A DNA stretch of 64,000 bases from Actinomycetes bacterium (GCA_021841005.1 JAKBVZ010000010.1:6302-70301); one strand, 5' to 3'. Shown: positions 10,321 through 20,485, numbered from the stretch's first letter. The notes: generated by a model not told the origin, from the sequence alone. Program-made: numbers and translations.

Positions 10321-10351
10321 GCCGCTAGATGCGATTGCAGTCGCATAGAGT

Positions 10352-10969
10352 CTATGCCCGGCATCTTTCGACAAACCGGGAAAGTACCGCTAGCCCGAAC
10401 GCTCCTGACTTCTCGGGATGGAACTGTGTCGCCCAGACGTTATCCTTCTCTATCGCTGCGGCCACTTCCTCTCCGTAGTCACACACCGCCACCACGTTGT
10501 CAAGATGAGGAACAGGGTCCGGCGCATACGAATGGACAAAGTATACCCAAGGCGACGCACCAATACCATCGAGCATTGCCGATTCCTTACCAGGGACTCT
10601 CCTCAACTCGTTCCACTGCATCTGTGGAAGTTTCACATCACCTGCAAGCTTTTTTACACGCCCACTCAGTATACCTAGTCCCTCGATGCCGGAGTCTTCC
10701 TCTGAATTCTCGTACAGTAGCTGGTAACCGACGCAGATACCCAGGAATGGAGTACCTGCTTCGATCACCTTCAGCACAGCATCTCGGAGTCCGCTCGCTT
10801 CCAGCGCCCGAGCGCACCCACCGAAAGCCCCAACACCTGGAAGCACCACTCCCTGGGCGGTCAGAATATCCTGTGGATTGGCCACAAGGCGTGCATCACC
10901 CCCTACCTTCACCAGTGCTTTTTCTGCTGACCGCAGATTCCCTATCCCATAGTCCACTACGGCTATCAC
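10352..10969 (-). CDS. hisH: Imidazole glycerol phosphate synthase glutaminase subunit HisH
   Basis: MIAVVDYGIGNLRS, the catalytic Cys context GICVGYQ and FHPEKS. Confidence 0.95.
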   Translation of the reverse strand: MIAVVDYGIGNLRSAEKALVKVGGDARLVANPQDILTAQGVVLPGVGAFGGCARALEASGLRDAVLKVIEAGTPFLGICVGYQLLYENSEEDSGIEGLGILSGRVKKLAGDVKLPQMQWNELRRVPGKESAMLDGIGASPWVYFVHSYAPDPVPHLDNVVAVCDYGEEVAAAIEKDNVWATQFHPEKSGAFGLAVLSRFVERCRA

Positions 10970-11580
10970 AGCACCCCTTTTGTGGATGGCACCATATCGC
11001 CTTCTACCTTCGTAGCATCATGCAGGCACCTCGCCAACGCCTTGAATGAAGCCTCTAGAACATGATGGGGGCTGTTCCATCGTTCTGCCCAGACATGAAC
11101 CGTAATCTTGGCAGCAGTCACAAACGCACGAAAGAACTCCTCGGCAAGCTGGGGGTAAAATGGTGGCTCCCCTATACCTGGAATGTCCACAGAGAATGAG
11201 ATACCCCACGCGAGATACGGCCTCCCCGACAAGTCCAGCGCCACTTCCACCAAGGCTTCGTCCAAAGGCAAAGCCAGTGAGGCAAACCTCCTCATGCCCG
11301 TTTTCTCTCCTACAGCCTGGGCGAAGGACTCCCCTAAGGCTATGCCCACATCCTCCACTGTGTGGTGTGTATCGACTGCGAGATCGCCCGATGCCGTGAC
11401 ATGAAGATCGAACGACGAATGCCGTCCCAGTTGTGCGAGCATATGATCAAAAAAAGGTATGCCGGTGGCCACTTCTGACCGGCCACTTCCGTCCAAATTG
11501 ATGGACACCGCCACCGCAGTCTCCGAAGTTTCCCGCTTAACGGTTGCTGTCCTGTCGTTTGTTGTTCTGTCACTTACCAT
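10966..11580 (-). CDS. hisB: Imidazoleglycerol-phosphate dehydratase HisB
   Basis: IGPD motifs (FFDHML, HHTVED, HH..EA.FKA) and operon position. Confidence 0.95.
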   Translation of the reverse strand: MVSDRTTNDRTATVKRETSETAVAVSINLDGSGRSEVATGIPFFDHMLAQLGRHSSFDLHVTASGDLAVDTHHTVEDVGIALGESFAQAVGEKTGMRRFASLALPLDEALVEVALDLSGRPYLAWGISFSVDIPGIGEPPFYPQLAEEFFRAFVTAAKITVHVWAERWNSPHHVLEASFKALARCLHDATKVEGDMVPSTKGVL

Positions 11581-14068
11581 TCAAAATCTCTCCCAGTGCG
11601 CCAAGAAATCGATCATTCTCCTCCCTGCTACCGACGGTCACTCTGAAACATCCCTCCAAACCGGGAGCTTCAGAGAAATCACGAATCAGGATGGAACGTG
11701 CCAGCAATGCATCCATCAGCTGCACCGACTCGGTGTCCAGGGGACGGAACAGCAGGAAATTGGCCTGCGATGGCCATACAGCTACCGGCAAATCCGCCAA
11801 CCTTGCAAACATTCTATCTCTCTCGCGCGTGATCGCACTCACACGATCCTGCAATTCACCAACGTGTTCGAGCGCCACTAGGCCAACCTCCTGCGAGATG
11901 GCGTCAATGTGGTACGGCAGGGCAACCAGATCGCATGCCTGCACTACGGAAGGATCTGCGATCATGTAGCCGATTCGCATGGAAGCAAGTGCCCACACCT
12001 TGGAGAAGGTCCGCACAACGACCAGTCTTTCCTGTCCCTTGCAATTGATCGCCGCCGGATCCAGAACAGCATCCGACGTAAACTCCCCATAGGCGGCATC
12101 CAGTATCACCAGTCCCGAAGAGAGCCGTAGCACCTCTTCTACGACCTCCATCGGCTCCAACATCCCAGTTGGGTTGTTGGGAGAGCAAAGGAATATCACA
12201 TTGGGATCGTAGCTCCTGATGGCATCACGCATACGGTCCATATCCATGTCAAAGTTGTCCCGCCGCATTATGGAATGCACCAATGTCTGAGTAATAGCGG
12301 CTATCCTACTGTGCATCTGGTAGGTAGGTTCGAAGACCAGCGCACCACGACCATGACCACCGTAGGCCAGCAGCAGGCATTGGAGCACCTCGTTGGAACC
12401 ACGCCCGACAAAGATGTTTTCCGGATCCGTACCTATCCAATCCGCCAAGCCGGCTCTCAGGCCGGCGGCACGGCGATCCGGATACCTGTTGGTCTCCAAC
12501 GATGCGATCCGGCTGGTGATCTCCTCCTTCCACCCGTCCGGAACCGTAAAGGGATACTCGTTTGCATTGATCTTCACCTCGACTCGAGGCTGCGGGGAGG
12601 AGTAACCGGAAAAGGAAAGCAGATCATCCCTTATGCGAACGCCGGCTACTGACGATGATTCGCTGCCTGGAATATGAGACGACGGGGTGCCATCGAGTCT
12701 CATCTGCACCGCAAGCGCATGGGTGGGAAGCCCTTCAAACCCCGCGATGGTGGCGACCGGGCCAGCAAACTTCCTCGCAGCACCCGCCGATACATGGACA
12801 GAGTGCATCACCTTGGAAAAGTCGCGAGCACCAAGCGCTGATGCAAACCGAGCCGTCCTTGCAGTAGGTAGAACATGGTTGGGCCCCGCAAGGTAGTCCC
12901 CGAAGGCTGCCGCCGAATACGGACCGGTGAATATCGCCCCCGCCGAGCGCAGCCGGGGCAACATTGCTTCCACGCTGCCAGCATCGTCGCTAAGGATTTC
13001 CAGGTGTTCCGGAGCGATCGTGTTCGACACTGCCACGGCCTCATCCAGGCCACTTACCAGTATCGAATAGCCATTACCTGAAAGGGTGGCCTCGATGTCA
13101 GCTCTCCGTGGCGAATCCGATACCAGCCTGCCAAGAGCTTCTTCGACTCTTTCCAGCAAAGGCAGCGACCACGATACAAGCCACGACATTCCATAAGGCC
13201 CGTGCTCTGCCTGGACCGCCAGATCGGCGGCCGCCCATTCCGGGTTGACTGATTCATCCGCGATAATGACTACCTCCGAGGGACCGGCAAAAGCACTGGG
13301 GATACCCGTGATACCGGCAACCTGGCGCTTGGCCTCCGACACATAGATGTTTCCCGGACCGGTTATCACGTCGACCGGCTGGATGGTTTCAGTACCGTAA
13401 GCCATGGCCGCAATCGCCTGCGCGCCACCCACTGCGTATATCTCTCCTATACCTGCAATAGCCGCTGCCGCCAAAGTCTCGGGCGCCGGCAACCCGTCAG
13501 GCCCAGGCGGAGAGCATAGTACGATATTTTCCACTCCTGCGCTCATGGCTGCTGCTGCGCACATGAGAACGCTGGAGGGGTAACGTGCCCTCCCACCCGG
13601 AGCATATATGCCGGCCCTCTCTACGGGGCTGCGCCAGGTACGCACCTCTATCCCCGCGTCCACGTACATATCACCAAGATGGACAGCGTTGCCGGGAGTG
13701 CCCGTATCCCGGCGTGAGTCCACTGGGTGGATGCCTTCCGCAGCTGCCTCATGGCGGTGGTAGTCGAGTAGGCGGCTATAGGCCAGGGTAAGTGCCTGCA
13801 CCAGTTCGGCCGGCGCTGCCACGAGCACATTACCTGCGATCTCGTGAGGAACTTCGAGTTGCGCCGGTACCACCCCGTCGAATTGCCCGGACAGTTCCAG
13901 AAGCGCCTTATCCCCCCCCTCTCGTACCCTGCTCAAGATTTCCGCCACCTTGCCTGCGGTATCGCCAATAGAACCGCCCGCTGGCAGTGACGTAAGAGAT
14001 GGAAGCACGCCAGGAATATCTCCGGCGCTGGTAGCGACAAGGTTCAGACGAGTAAGCAATGAGGGCAT
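11570..14068 (-). CDS. hisD/hisC: Fused histidinol dehydrogenase (N-terminal) and histidinol-phosphate aminotransferase (C-terminal)
   Basis: A single uninterrupted ORF. The HisD part starts at MPSLLTRL (ATG 14068), with a linker [18 protein letters not shown] near 12640-12700. The HisC part follows ([30 protein letters not shown]). The ORF is open up to 14203, but that extension is unlikely to be coding. Confidence 0.85.
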   Translation of the reverse strand: MPSLLTRLNLVATSAGDIPGVLPSLTSLPAGGSIGDTAGKVAEILSRVREGGDKALLELSGQFDGVVPAQLEVPHEIAGNVLVAAPAELVQALTLAYSRLLDYHRHEAAAEGIHPVDSRRDTGTPGNAVHLGDMYVDAGIEVRTWRSPVERAGIYAPGGRARYPSSVLMCAAAAMSAGVENIVLCSPPGPDGLPAPETLAAAAIAGIGEIYAVGGAQAIAAMAYGTETIQPVDVITGPGNIYVSEAKRQVAGITGIPSAFAGPSEVVIIADESVNPEWAAADLAVQAEHGPYGMSWLVSWSLPLLERVEEALGRLVSDSPRRADIEATLSGNGYSILVSGLDEAVAVSNTIAPEHLEILSDDAGSVEAMLPRLRSAGAIFTGPYSAAAFGDYLAGPNHVLPTARTARFASALGARDFSKVMHSVHVSAGAARKFAGPVATIAGFEGLPTHALAVQMRLDGTPSSHIPGSESSSVAGVRIRDDLLSFSGYSSPQPRVEVKINANEYPFTVPDGWKEEITSRIASLETNRYPDRRAAGLRAGLADWIGTDPENIFVGRGSNEVLQCLLLAYGGHGRGALVFEPTYQMHSRIAAITQTLVHSIMRRDNFDMDMDRMRDAIRSYDPNVIFLCSPNNPTGMLEPMEVVEEVLRLSSGLVILDAAYGEFTSDAVLDPAAINCKGQERLVVVRTFSKVWALASMRIGYMIADPSVVQACDLVALPYHIDAISQEVGLVALEHVGELQDRVSAITRERDRMFARLADLPVAVWPSQANFLLFRPLDTESVQLMDALLARSILIRDFSEAPGLEGCFRVTVGSREENDRFLGALGEILNGK

Positions 14069-14162
14069 ATACAACAATGGTAGCCGGAACGCGATGGTGG
14101 CCGGAACAGGCAATGCCCGGAACGCTCCGGAACGCTCCGGAACAGGATGCCATCCCGAACGC

Positions 14163-14191
14163 GTGAAAGTGCCCACAAGGGGCACTTTCAC
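14163..14191. promoter_or_regulatory. Perfect 12-bp-stem palindrome in the his operon leader
   Basis: GTGAAAGTGCCC-acaag-GGGCACTTTCAC, about 95 nt upstream of the proposed hisD start. Confidence 0.3.
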
Positions 14192-14382
14192 TTGACGCGT
14201 CAACGGGCGGCGGTTCCCGTATGACGCTCACTTGGGAACCTGGTGGCGGGAACCGGTTCCAAAAGACATTATAGCATCCCCGCCAGCCGCTGTCGAACAA
14301 ATACGATCAACGATTACAAAATATTGACCTAATGGTCAGTTGCAGGCATGGCTTCTTATGCAATACTGGTAACCTGATGCCC

Positions 14383-14484
14383 GGAGACCGCCAACCGCGC
14401 TATCACTGCAATAGCCGGCAAAGGAAAGACAGTGCTCCTGCATCGGCCTGTGCAGGAGACCGCCAACCGCGCTATCACTGCAAT
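14383..14484 (+). repeat. Perfect 30-bp direct repeat pair separated by a 42-bp unique insert (period 72)
   Basis: GGAGACCGCCAACCGCGCTATCACTGCAAT occurs at 14383-14412 and 14455-14484. The insert ends in CCTGTGCA. Confidence 0.9.
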
Positions 14485-14555
14485 GCCGGTAGGCCATCTT
14501 GCCACACTTCCCGGCTGCAGGAATTATTCTGCCTCCAGATGCGTTGTACAGGTAC

Positions 14556-15161
14556 ATGAACGGACAATCATTTTCCATCACGTATGACTACCTGTGCCCT
14601 TTTGCCAGGAACGCCAACGAGCATGTAGTAACAGCTTTGAAGGATGGCGCCCCGTGGGATGTGCATTTCCAGCCTTTCTCGCTCCACCAGGCCCATCTGG
14701 AAGAAGGGGAAGCAGCCATCTGGGATACTCCATCACGACATAAAGATGTCCTCGCCCTCGAGGCAGGCCTCATGGTGCGGGAAAGATACCCGGACCGCTT
14801 CCTCGATGCCCATCTGGCACTCTTTGCGGCCCGGCATGATTCCGGCAGGGACATCACTGACGAAGCTGTTGTCCGGGAAGCGCTTACGCCCCTAGATGTG
14901 GACGTAGAAGCCCTGATGAAAGCCGTGACAGACGGGGAGGCTCACGGCATGCTCAAGAAGGAACACGTCGATGCAGTAGACACTTACGCGGTATTCGGCG
15001 TACCTACGTTTATCGTGGGAGATGTTGCTGCTTTTACCAGGATCATGACACGTCCCGGCAGAGATGCCAAGTTGGCTCGCGAGAGCATCCAGCGTATCCT
15101 TGACTTGCTTACCGATCACCCCGAACTCAACGAGATCAAGCAGACCAAAGTCCCGTTCTAG
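14556..15161 (+). CDS. DsbA-family thioredoxin-fold protein
   Basis: MNGQSFSITYDYLCPFARN N-terminus (DsbA/HCCA isomerase-like CPF motif) and VFGVPTF near the C-terminus. Confidence 0.7.
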   Translation: MNGQSFSITYDYLCPFARNANEHVVTALKDGAPWDVHFQPFSLHQAHLEEGEAAIWDTPSRHKDVLALEAGLMVRERYPDRFLDAHLALFAARHDSGRDITDEAVVREALTPLDVDVEALMKAVTDGEAHGMLKKEHVDAVDTYAVFGVPTFIVGDVAAFTRIMTRPGRDAKLARESIQRILDLLTDHPELNEIKQTKVPF

Positions 15162-15280
15162 GAGCGTGAGTCAGAATCCTAGGTCGCTAACCGGCAACTC
15201 CGTATCTTGTGGTGCCGACACATAGTAACCACAACATCTTGTGTTCAATTTATATCATAACAGGGTTATGACCCACGCTA

Positions 15281-15404
15281 CTAGGTGTCTGGTGTCAAGC
15301 CGTTCACAGCTCGAAAGAAGCGGCTGTACCCCCGTGATGGTGAGGTCAGGTGCTCGCGCGTTGTCGATTATGTGCGCAATCCCGTAAAAACACCAGACAC
15401 CTAG
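15281..15404. repeat. 124-bp segment bounded by perfect 15-bp inverted repeats
   Basis: CTAGGTGTCTGGTGT at 15281-15295 and its reverse complement at 15390-15404. The region is non-coding, between the dsbA-like gene and tRNA-Ser. Confidence 0.8.
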
Positions 15405-15480
15405 CCGGTTAGTGCTTGCCTACCAACGTTTCGGTATCCACCTGCAACGGTAACCCATAGTGGCTCTGCGACAGCTGGAG

Positions 15481-15567
15481 CGGAGGAGGTGGGATTCGAA
15501 CCCACGGTGGCCTTGCGACCACAACGGTTTTCGAGACCGTCCGATTCGTCCACTCTCGCACTCCTCC
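15481..15567 (-). tRNA. tRNA-Ser (anticodon CGA)
   Basis: Hand-folded cloverleaf: acceptor GGAGGAG/CTCCTCC, anticodon stem ACGGT/ACCGT with loop CTCGAAA, long variable arm, T arm GTGGG-TTCGAAT-CCCAC. 87 nt, with no encoded CCA. Confidence 0.9.
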
Positions 15568-15842
15568 AGGCAACACACGCAAGTATCTACTGGACCACCT
15601 GCCATCGGTGACGCAAGGTCGGCTGAGCCGTTGCTAACCGGTTGAGCCGTCGCCAATGGCTCAACCCAGTGGACATCCATGAAATCCTACCAGCAACGAC
15701 ACTGCAACCAGGTGCCGACAGCTGTCGCCCAAACCAGCCACCACCATATAGATGCGTACGGACGCTACAACCAAGTACCACCAACTGTAGCACGTGCGCA
15801 GGATGCACTGGTGCATTCGCCAAGCCAAGCGAGCGTTCTCGT

Positions 15843-16451
15843 CTATGCAGGCTTGCGCACCCTCACCAGTGTATCTATTGCCGTACGCTCGCCTTCATCC
15901 GTACTGACAATACGCTTAGCCCTTTCTGCTTTCTCTATCACCAATCCCTGGAAATCCTCGGCAATCCGCTCAGGCGTGAAAAGTACCTCGGGAAAGGGTG
16001 GCCCGCCGTAGCCGTCTGTCAAGTTGGTCAGGTCATGGCCGATCACCAGGATGGTCCCACCTGGCACCAGCGCCTTGACCGCATTCTTGTGTACATTGGT
16101 AAGATCCGACGGAGGCATATGCACATATAGTGACACGATAAGATCGTATGCCAGCTCAGGAGGCTGCCACTCACGCAAGTCGGCTGCAATCCAGTCTACC
16201 GGCAGCCCCTTCTCGATAGCCAGCTGCTTTCCCTTCTTCAGACCCTCCTGCGAAAAGTCAACCCCGGTAGATTGCCATCCCTGCGAAGCCAGCCAGATGG
16301 CATTCCTGCCCTCGCCGCAAGCCATATCCAAGGAACGACCAGGATCCATGCCTTCAACCTCCTGTACCAGCAACTGGTTGGGTTCCCATCCCCACACCAG
16401 ATCGTTGGCTCTGTATCGCTGATCCCACTCCGACTTTTCCATATATATCAC
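15843..16451 (-). CDS. Class I SAM-dependent methyltransferase
   Basis: Motif I LDMACGEGRNAIWLA and a size of about 200 aa. Confidence 0.8.
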   Translation of the reverse strand: MIYMEKSEWDQRYRANDLVWGWEPNQLLVQEVEGMDPGRSLDMACGEGRNAIWLASQGWQSTGVDFSQEGLKKGKQLAIEKGLPVDWIAADLREWQPPELAYDLIVSLYVHMPPSDLTNVHKNAVKALVPGGTILVIGHDLTNLTDGYGGPPFPEVLFTPERIAEDFQGLVIEKAERAKRIVSTDEGERTAIDTLVRVRKPA

Positions 16452-16747
16452 AGACCTCCAATCTGCCCACTATGTAGCAACCGGCATGGCACGCCTACAG
16501 GCCACGCATCATTGCTCGGCATAACCCACGATCCGGCAACATGCGCCATGGGAGCAAGCAACATCGTATCGCCATACCCGCAGCACCGCACCGGCGGCAC
16601 TTCTCAATACAGTTTATCGCCTGGTTCGCATCTCGAATCGGTTGGGCATGAAAATCCTGATACGGGTGAGCAGGCTGGCGACGTTGCGCCCAAAATAGCT
16701 ATGATATCTTATGGTTCTTCGGTATCCGGCCAGTGGGACGTGCCCTG

Positions 16748-18397
16748 TCATGTCGTAACGCGTCTCACTCCTGGGACTTTGTCCAATAGCTCACCCGGAA
16801 TGTCCTCCTTATCGAGTCCGTCCTCATCCAACCCCGCATCCTCGACGCCGGCACCTATCCTGGCAGGAACAGCAATGGGATCCAGATCGTCCGGTGCATC
16901 ACCAGGGCGTATGCTCGCTTCCTCCATCACGTACTCCCCCTCTTCGGTACGGCTTAGGATGACGCTTCGCTTAGGCTCATCCGTCACGGGCATCGCCGCC
17001 AGCTCCTTGCAAATACGGTACGTCACAATGCCCACCACTACTGGCACAGCTATGACGAGAAACCGGAAGGACCACAAAACGGTATTGAGCGACACCTGGA
17101 AGAAATTGGCAAGCACATCCGTAGCGCTTGCGCTGAACAAAGTAAAATAAAACGCGACTCCTGCAGCTCCGAGCGCGGTACGCTTCGGCCTGTATCTCGG
17201 AAAGTCCAGGATGTTGTGCACAGCACGATCACCCGTTATCCTCGCCTCTACAAACGGCCACGCGTAGAACAGCGTAAAGGTGAGGCCAGGGAAGAGCACC
17301 GCCGGAAGCAGAACTTCGAGTGGAATAGTATGGCCAAAGCCGGTGAACTCCCAAGATGGCATGATTCTCATCGCCCCATCCAGCCAACCCATGTACCAGT
17401 CCGGCTGGACCGCATATGTAACCTTGTAGGGTTGGTAGGGGCCGTACTGCCAGATCGGGTTGATCTGGACGAGGCCACCAAGCATCCATAGCACGCCCGT
17501 GACGATGAAGAAGAGTCCCAGAGTCTTTGCCATGAACGTCGGGTACAGAGGCGATCCGACCACATTGTGCTCGGTCCTGCCCTTACCAGGAAATTGGGCA
17601 TGCTTCTGGCGAACCAGCATGAAGAGATGCGCCCCTATAAGAGCGGCAATGATGATTGGAACGATCAGCACATGGAGGATGAACATCCTCGGCTCAATGA
17701 TGCCGTTGCCAGGGAACACTCCCCCAAACAGGAAGAATGCCAGATAGGATCCGACCAGAGGTATCGACAGGATGATCGAGTATGCAATCCGAAGGCCGGT
17801 ACCGGAAACAAGATCGTACGGAAGGGAATAGCCCAGGAAGCCATTGACAATAGCCAGCATGAGCAGGGTGACGCCTACCATCCAGTTGAGTTCGCGAGGC
17901 TTGCGGAACCCTCCTGTGAAAAATATCCTCATCATGTGTATCGCTATGGCACCGACAAAGACATCGGCGGCCCAGTGATGCATCTGGCGAATCACCATAC
18001 CACCTCTCACGCTGAACGATATCTTGAGGGTGGATGCATACGCCTCCGACACCAGCTTTCCCCTCAATGGAGCGTAAGCGCCGTGATAGATAATCTCCTT
18101 GGTGGATGGCACGAAGTACAGCGATAGGAATACACCTGTAAGAACCAGCACGACAAAAGAATAGAGAGCTATCTCCCCGAGTAGGAAAGACCAGTGATCG
18201 GGAAAGATCTTGTCAAGGAGCGATCTACCCTTGCCAACCCCGAGCCTGTCGTCCAGCCAGCCGAGCGCACGTTCGGTAGCACTATCGAAACGCCCTTGAT
18301 GGCGCGCTCCAGTACCGCTGCCACCCGATCCAATGCCGACACTACTTGACCCCTGACCAGTAGTCGTTGACTCCTTGGATGTTGCCGTCTCGCTCAC
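16748..18397 (-). CDS. qcrB: Cytochrome bc1 complex cytochrome b subunit QcrB
   Basis: 549 aa polytopic cytochrome b. It sits in the qcrC-qcrA-qcrB order typical of actinobacteria. Confidence 0.9.
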   Translation of the reverse strand: MSETATSKESTTTGQGSSSVGIGSGGSGTGARHQGRFDSATERALGWLDDRLGVGKGRSLLDKIFPDHWSFLLGEIALYSFVVLVLTGVFLSLYFVPSTKEIIYHGAYAPLRGKLVSEAYASTLKISFSVRGGMVIRQMHHWAADVFVGAIAIHMMRIFFTGGFRKPRELNWMVGVTLLMLAIVNGFLGYSLPYDLVSGTGLRIAYSIILSIPLVGSYLAFFLFGGVFPGNGIIEPRMFILHVLIVPIIIAALIGAHLFMLVRQKHAQFPGKGRTEHNVVGSPLYPTFMAKTLGLFFIVTGVLWMLGGLVQINPIWQYGPYQPYKVTYAVQPDWYMGWLDGAMRIMPSWEFTGFGHTIPLEVLLPAVLFPGLTFTLFYAWPFVEARITGDRAVHNILDFPRYRPKRTALGAAGVAFYFTLFSASATDVLANFFQVSLNTVLWSFRFLVIAVPVVVGIVTYRICKELAAMPVTDEPKRSVILSRTEEGEYVMEEASIRPGDAPDDLDPIAVPARIGAGVEDAGLDEDGLDKEDIPGELLDKVPGVRRVTT

Positions 18398-19428
18398 GAG
18401 CGCTCCCAGAATCCAGGGCCGACCGGCTGGTCATAAGGTTGCTGCGCCCTGAGATACCCCTCAGAATCGATCATCAGCGGCAGTTGCGGCAAGGGCCGCG
18501 GGGCTGGTCCGAACACCGGCTGGGCACCGTCCAGCACGTCGAACATAGACTGGTGGCAAGGGCAGAGCAACTGCTGGGTCTGCTCCTGGTAAAGACCCAC
18601 CGGGCATCCTGCATGTGTGCAGACTTTTGAATACGCCACATACCCCTTGGGGGTCCAGGTCTCTCGCCCAGCCTTCGTGGTGAACGGGCTGGTGGAGGCC
18701 CTGAGCAGTACCGTCTGGTCCATGGCATTGCCCTCGTATCCGGGCGGGAACACCGTAATGATTCCACCAACCTCGAGATCATCTTCCTTGATCTTCCTGC
18801 CATGAATCGTTACAAGATATGACCCCTTTCTCCAGTTGGTCTTGTCAAGGGCCAACTTGGGCAATGGACCCAACGATCTGATTACCGGGAACGCAATGAC
18901 TACGCCAAGAATGCCTGCAGCGCCAGCCAGCATCTTCCCGAGGAACCCCCTGCGGCGCATCACGAGCTTGCCCCGATCTATGACTGCGGCCGCCATCTGC
19001 TCACGCTCGACATCGCTGGAACGCATATCATGGCGCTCCTCTACAAACGGCCCTCGCGGCAATAAATACTTTCCCCATGCAGCCAGTGCCGCACCTATGG
19101 CCAGCAACCCTATGCCCAACGTCAGCCCCTCCAACTGGGGTTGCCCGCCCTGCCAGTAAACCGCACCATATCCCGCAAAGCCCAGTGCCGCCAGCGCAAT
19201 CAGGAATGCTATCCATCTCTCCGTATGCCTGACGTTCTTGGCCGCAGGCCTAAGATGCGGATCATCCAGGGCCACTAGAGGCAATGGCGAGTCCGACACC
19301 TCACCATGATTCTCCGGTATTGGCCTATCGCCGCTCGCATGGCCCGGTACGTGGACTGGCTCATGAATCCGGCCACCGTCCGATTGCACACCCGTTTCCC
19401 TGTTCATCTGCGACAATCTCCTATCCAA
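18394..19428 (-). CDS. qcrA: Cytochrome bc1 complex Rieske iron-sulfur subunit QcrA
   Basis: Rieske motifs CTHAGCP and CPCHQS. It overlaps the qcrB start. Confidence 0.9.
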   Translation of the reverse strand: MDRRLSQMNRETGVQSDGGRIHEPVHVPGHASGDRPIPENHGEVSDSPLPLVALDDPHLRPAAKNVRHTERWIAFLIALAALGFAGYGAVYWQGGQPQLEGLTLGIGLLAIGAALAAWGKYLLPRGPFVEERHDMRSSDVEREQMAAAVIDRGKLVMRRRGFLGKMLAGAAGILGVVIAFPVIRSLGPLPKLALDKTNWRKGSYLVTIHGRKIKEDDLEVGGIITVFPPGYEGNAMDQTVLLRASTSPFTTKAGRETWTPKGYVAYSKVCTHAGCPVGLYQEQTQQLLCPCHQSMFDVLDGAQPVFGPAPRPLPQLPLMIDSEGYLRAQQPYDQPVGPGFWERS

Positions 19429-19474
19429 GAGGCAGTTCCCACTATCGACAATCTTCCACTCCAGACATCGGCGT

Positions 19475-20482
19475 TCATCTGCGATGATCTCCTATCCAGA
19501 AGGCGGCCAGCATCAGCACGCCAACTCCCACCAGTAAGGCGATGAACCCTTCCGCCACTGGACCCACTCCGCCAAGCGCCAGCCCTCCCCTATTGACAGG
19601 ATGCTGTATGTAACGAGTCACGTATGCATCTATGTCAGCCAGTTCCTTATTCGACAACTGTTTCGGGCTGAACCTGGGCATATTGCCAGGCCCCGTACGT
19701 GCCGCCTCTGCGACCTGGGTCTTGGTCGCCAGATGCAGCGTGGGAGCGAAGTACCCTGATCCAAGCGCATCGCCGGATCCGGTAATTGTATGGCAAGCCG
19801 CGCAGTTGAGCGCAAACAGCGACATACCTTGGCTCACGCTGACGTTTTGAAGGTTCACCTTAGGTATGCCAGGACCATTGACCTTTGACAGCGATGCCAC
19901 GAAATCGGCTATCTCCTGGGACTGCTTCGTCGTATATCTCGAAGGCTTGACGGCAGGCTGAGACGTCAGGTTTTCCAGCGGCATCCAGCCATTGGACACC
20001 CATAGATCCACGGTACCGGCACCCAGCCCCACCAGACTCGGAGCCCTGGAAGTACCGTATGCGTTGGCCCCATGGCAAGATGAACAGGTCGCCTCGAAAA
20101 GAACCCTGCCGGCAGCTTCATAGGACTTTCTAATCGTCTGGTAGGTGATCGGGCTACTACCACCGCTCGAAGTCACGCCACCTGGATTTGAACCACCTGG
20201 AGTCGCACTGCTCGAAGTCGCACCCTTGCCACCTGCCGGTTTACCACCTGCAAGCCAACCTGCCCGCTGCTTATCGCTTGGGCGCGCCTGCACATTAGAA
20301 GTCTTAGAATCACCCAAGGCTGAACCTGGCTTGTTGTGCGATGCTACACCAGGCGATACGGCAGCCATCGACAGAAGACCCCAAAGCGCAACCCCCAGAA
20401 CCACCATAACCGGGATGATCTTATGTATATTGCGTGTTGCCAGGCTTCCAGCCCTATCGTGGTCTCTCCGGTCCTTCCGCAT
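19475..20482 (-). CDS. qcrC: Dihaem cytochrome c subunit QcrC
   Basis: Two CxxCH haem-binding motifs (CSSCH, CAACH) and a C-terminal TM anchor. Confidence 0.9.
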   Translation of the reverse strand: MRKDRRDHDRAGSLATRNIHKIIPVMVVLGVALWGLLSMAAVSPGVASHNKPGSALGDSKTSNVQARPSDKQRAGWLAGGKPAGGKGATSSSATPGGSNPGGVTSSGGSSPITYQTIRKSYEAAGRVLFEATCSSCHGANAYGTSRAPSLVGLGAGTVDLWVSNGWMPLENLTSQPAVKPSRYTTKQSQEIADFVASLSKVNGPGIPKVNLQNVSVSQGMSLFALNCAACHTITGSGDALGSGYFAPTLHLATKTQVAEAARTGPGNMPRFSPKQLSNKELADIDAYVTRYIQHPVNRGGLALGGVGPVAEGFIALLVGVGVLMLAAFWIGDHRR

Positions 20483-20485
20483 CGC

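Noticed and set aside
14069-14203. An N-terminal extension of the hisD ORF (track start 14203). The S8 peptidase ORF has a similar extension at 62597-62773.
   Set aside because: The extensions have no similarity to the protein families and contain palindromes and repeats. Internal ATGs give the canonical HisD N-terminus and a signal peptide with a lipobox, respectively.
14383-14484. A CRISPR array: 30-bp repeats with a 42-bp spacer. The locus at 48761-48871 looks similar, with 36-bp repeats and a 39-bp spacer.
   Set aside because: Each locus has only two repeats, the repeat sequences at the two loci are unrelated, and there are no cas genes or a leader in the window. At the sister loci the repeated part is demonstrably local gene or tRNA sequence. 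These are better described as target duplications around an insert.
15281-15404. SRP (4.5S) RNA. The region contains AGGTCAGGT and a GAAA loop.
   Set aside because: The conserved GGUCCGGAAGGAAGCAGC helix-8 motif is absent on both strands, and the order of the partial matches is wrong.
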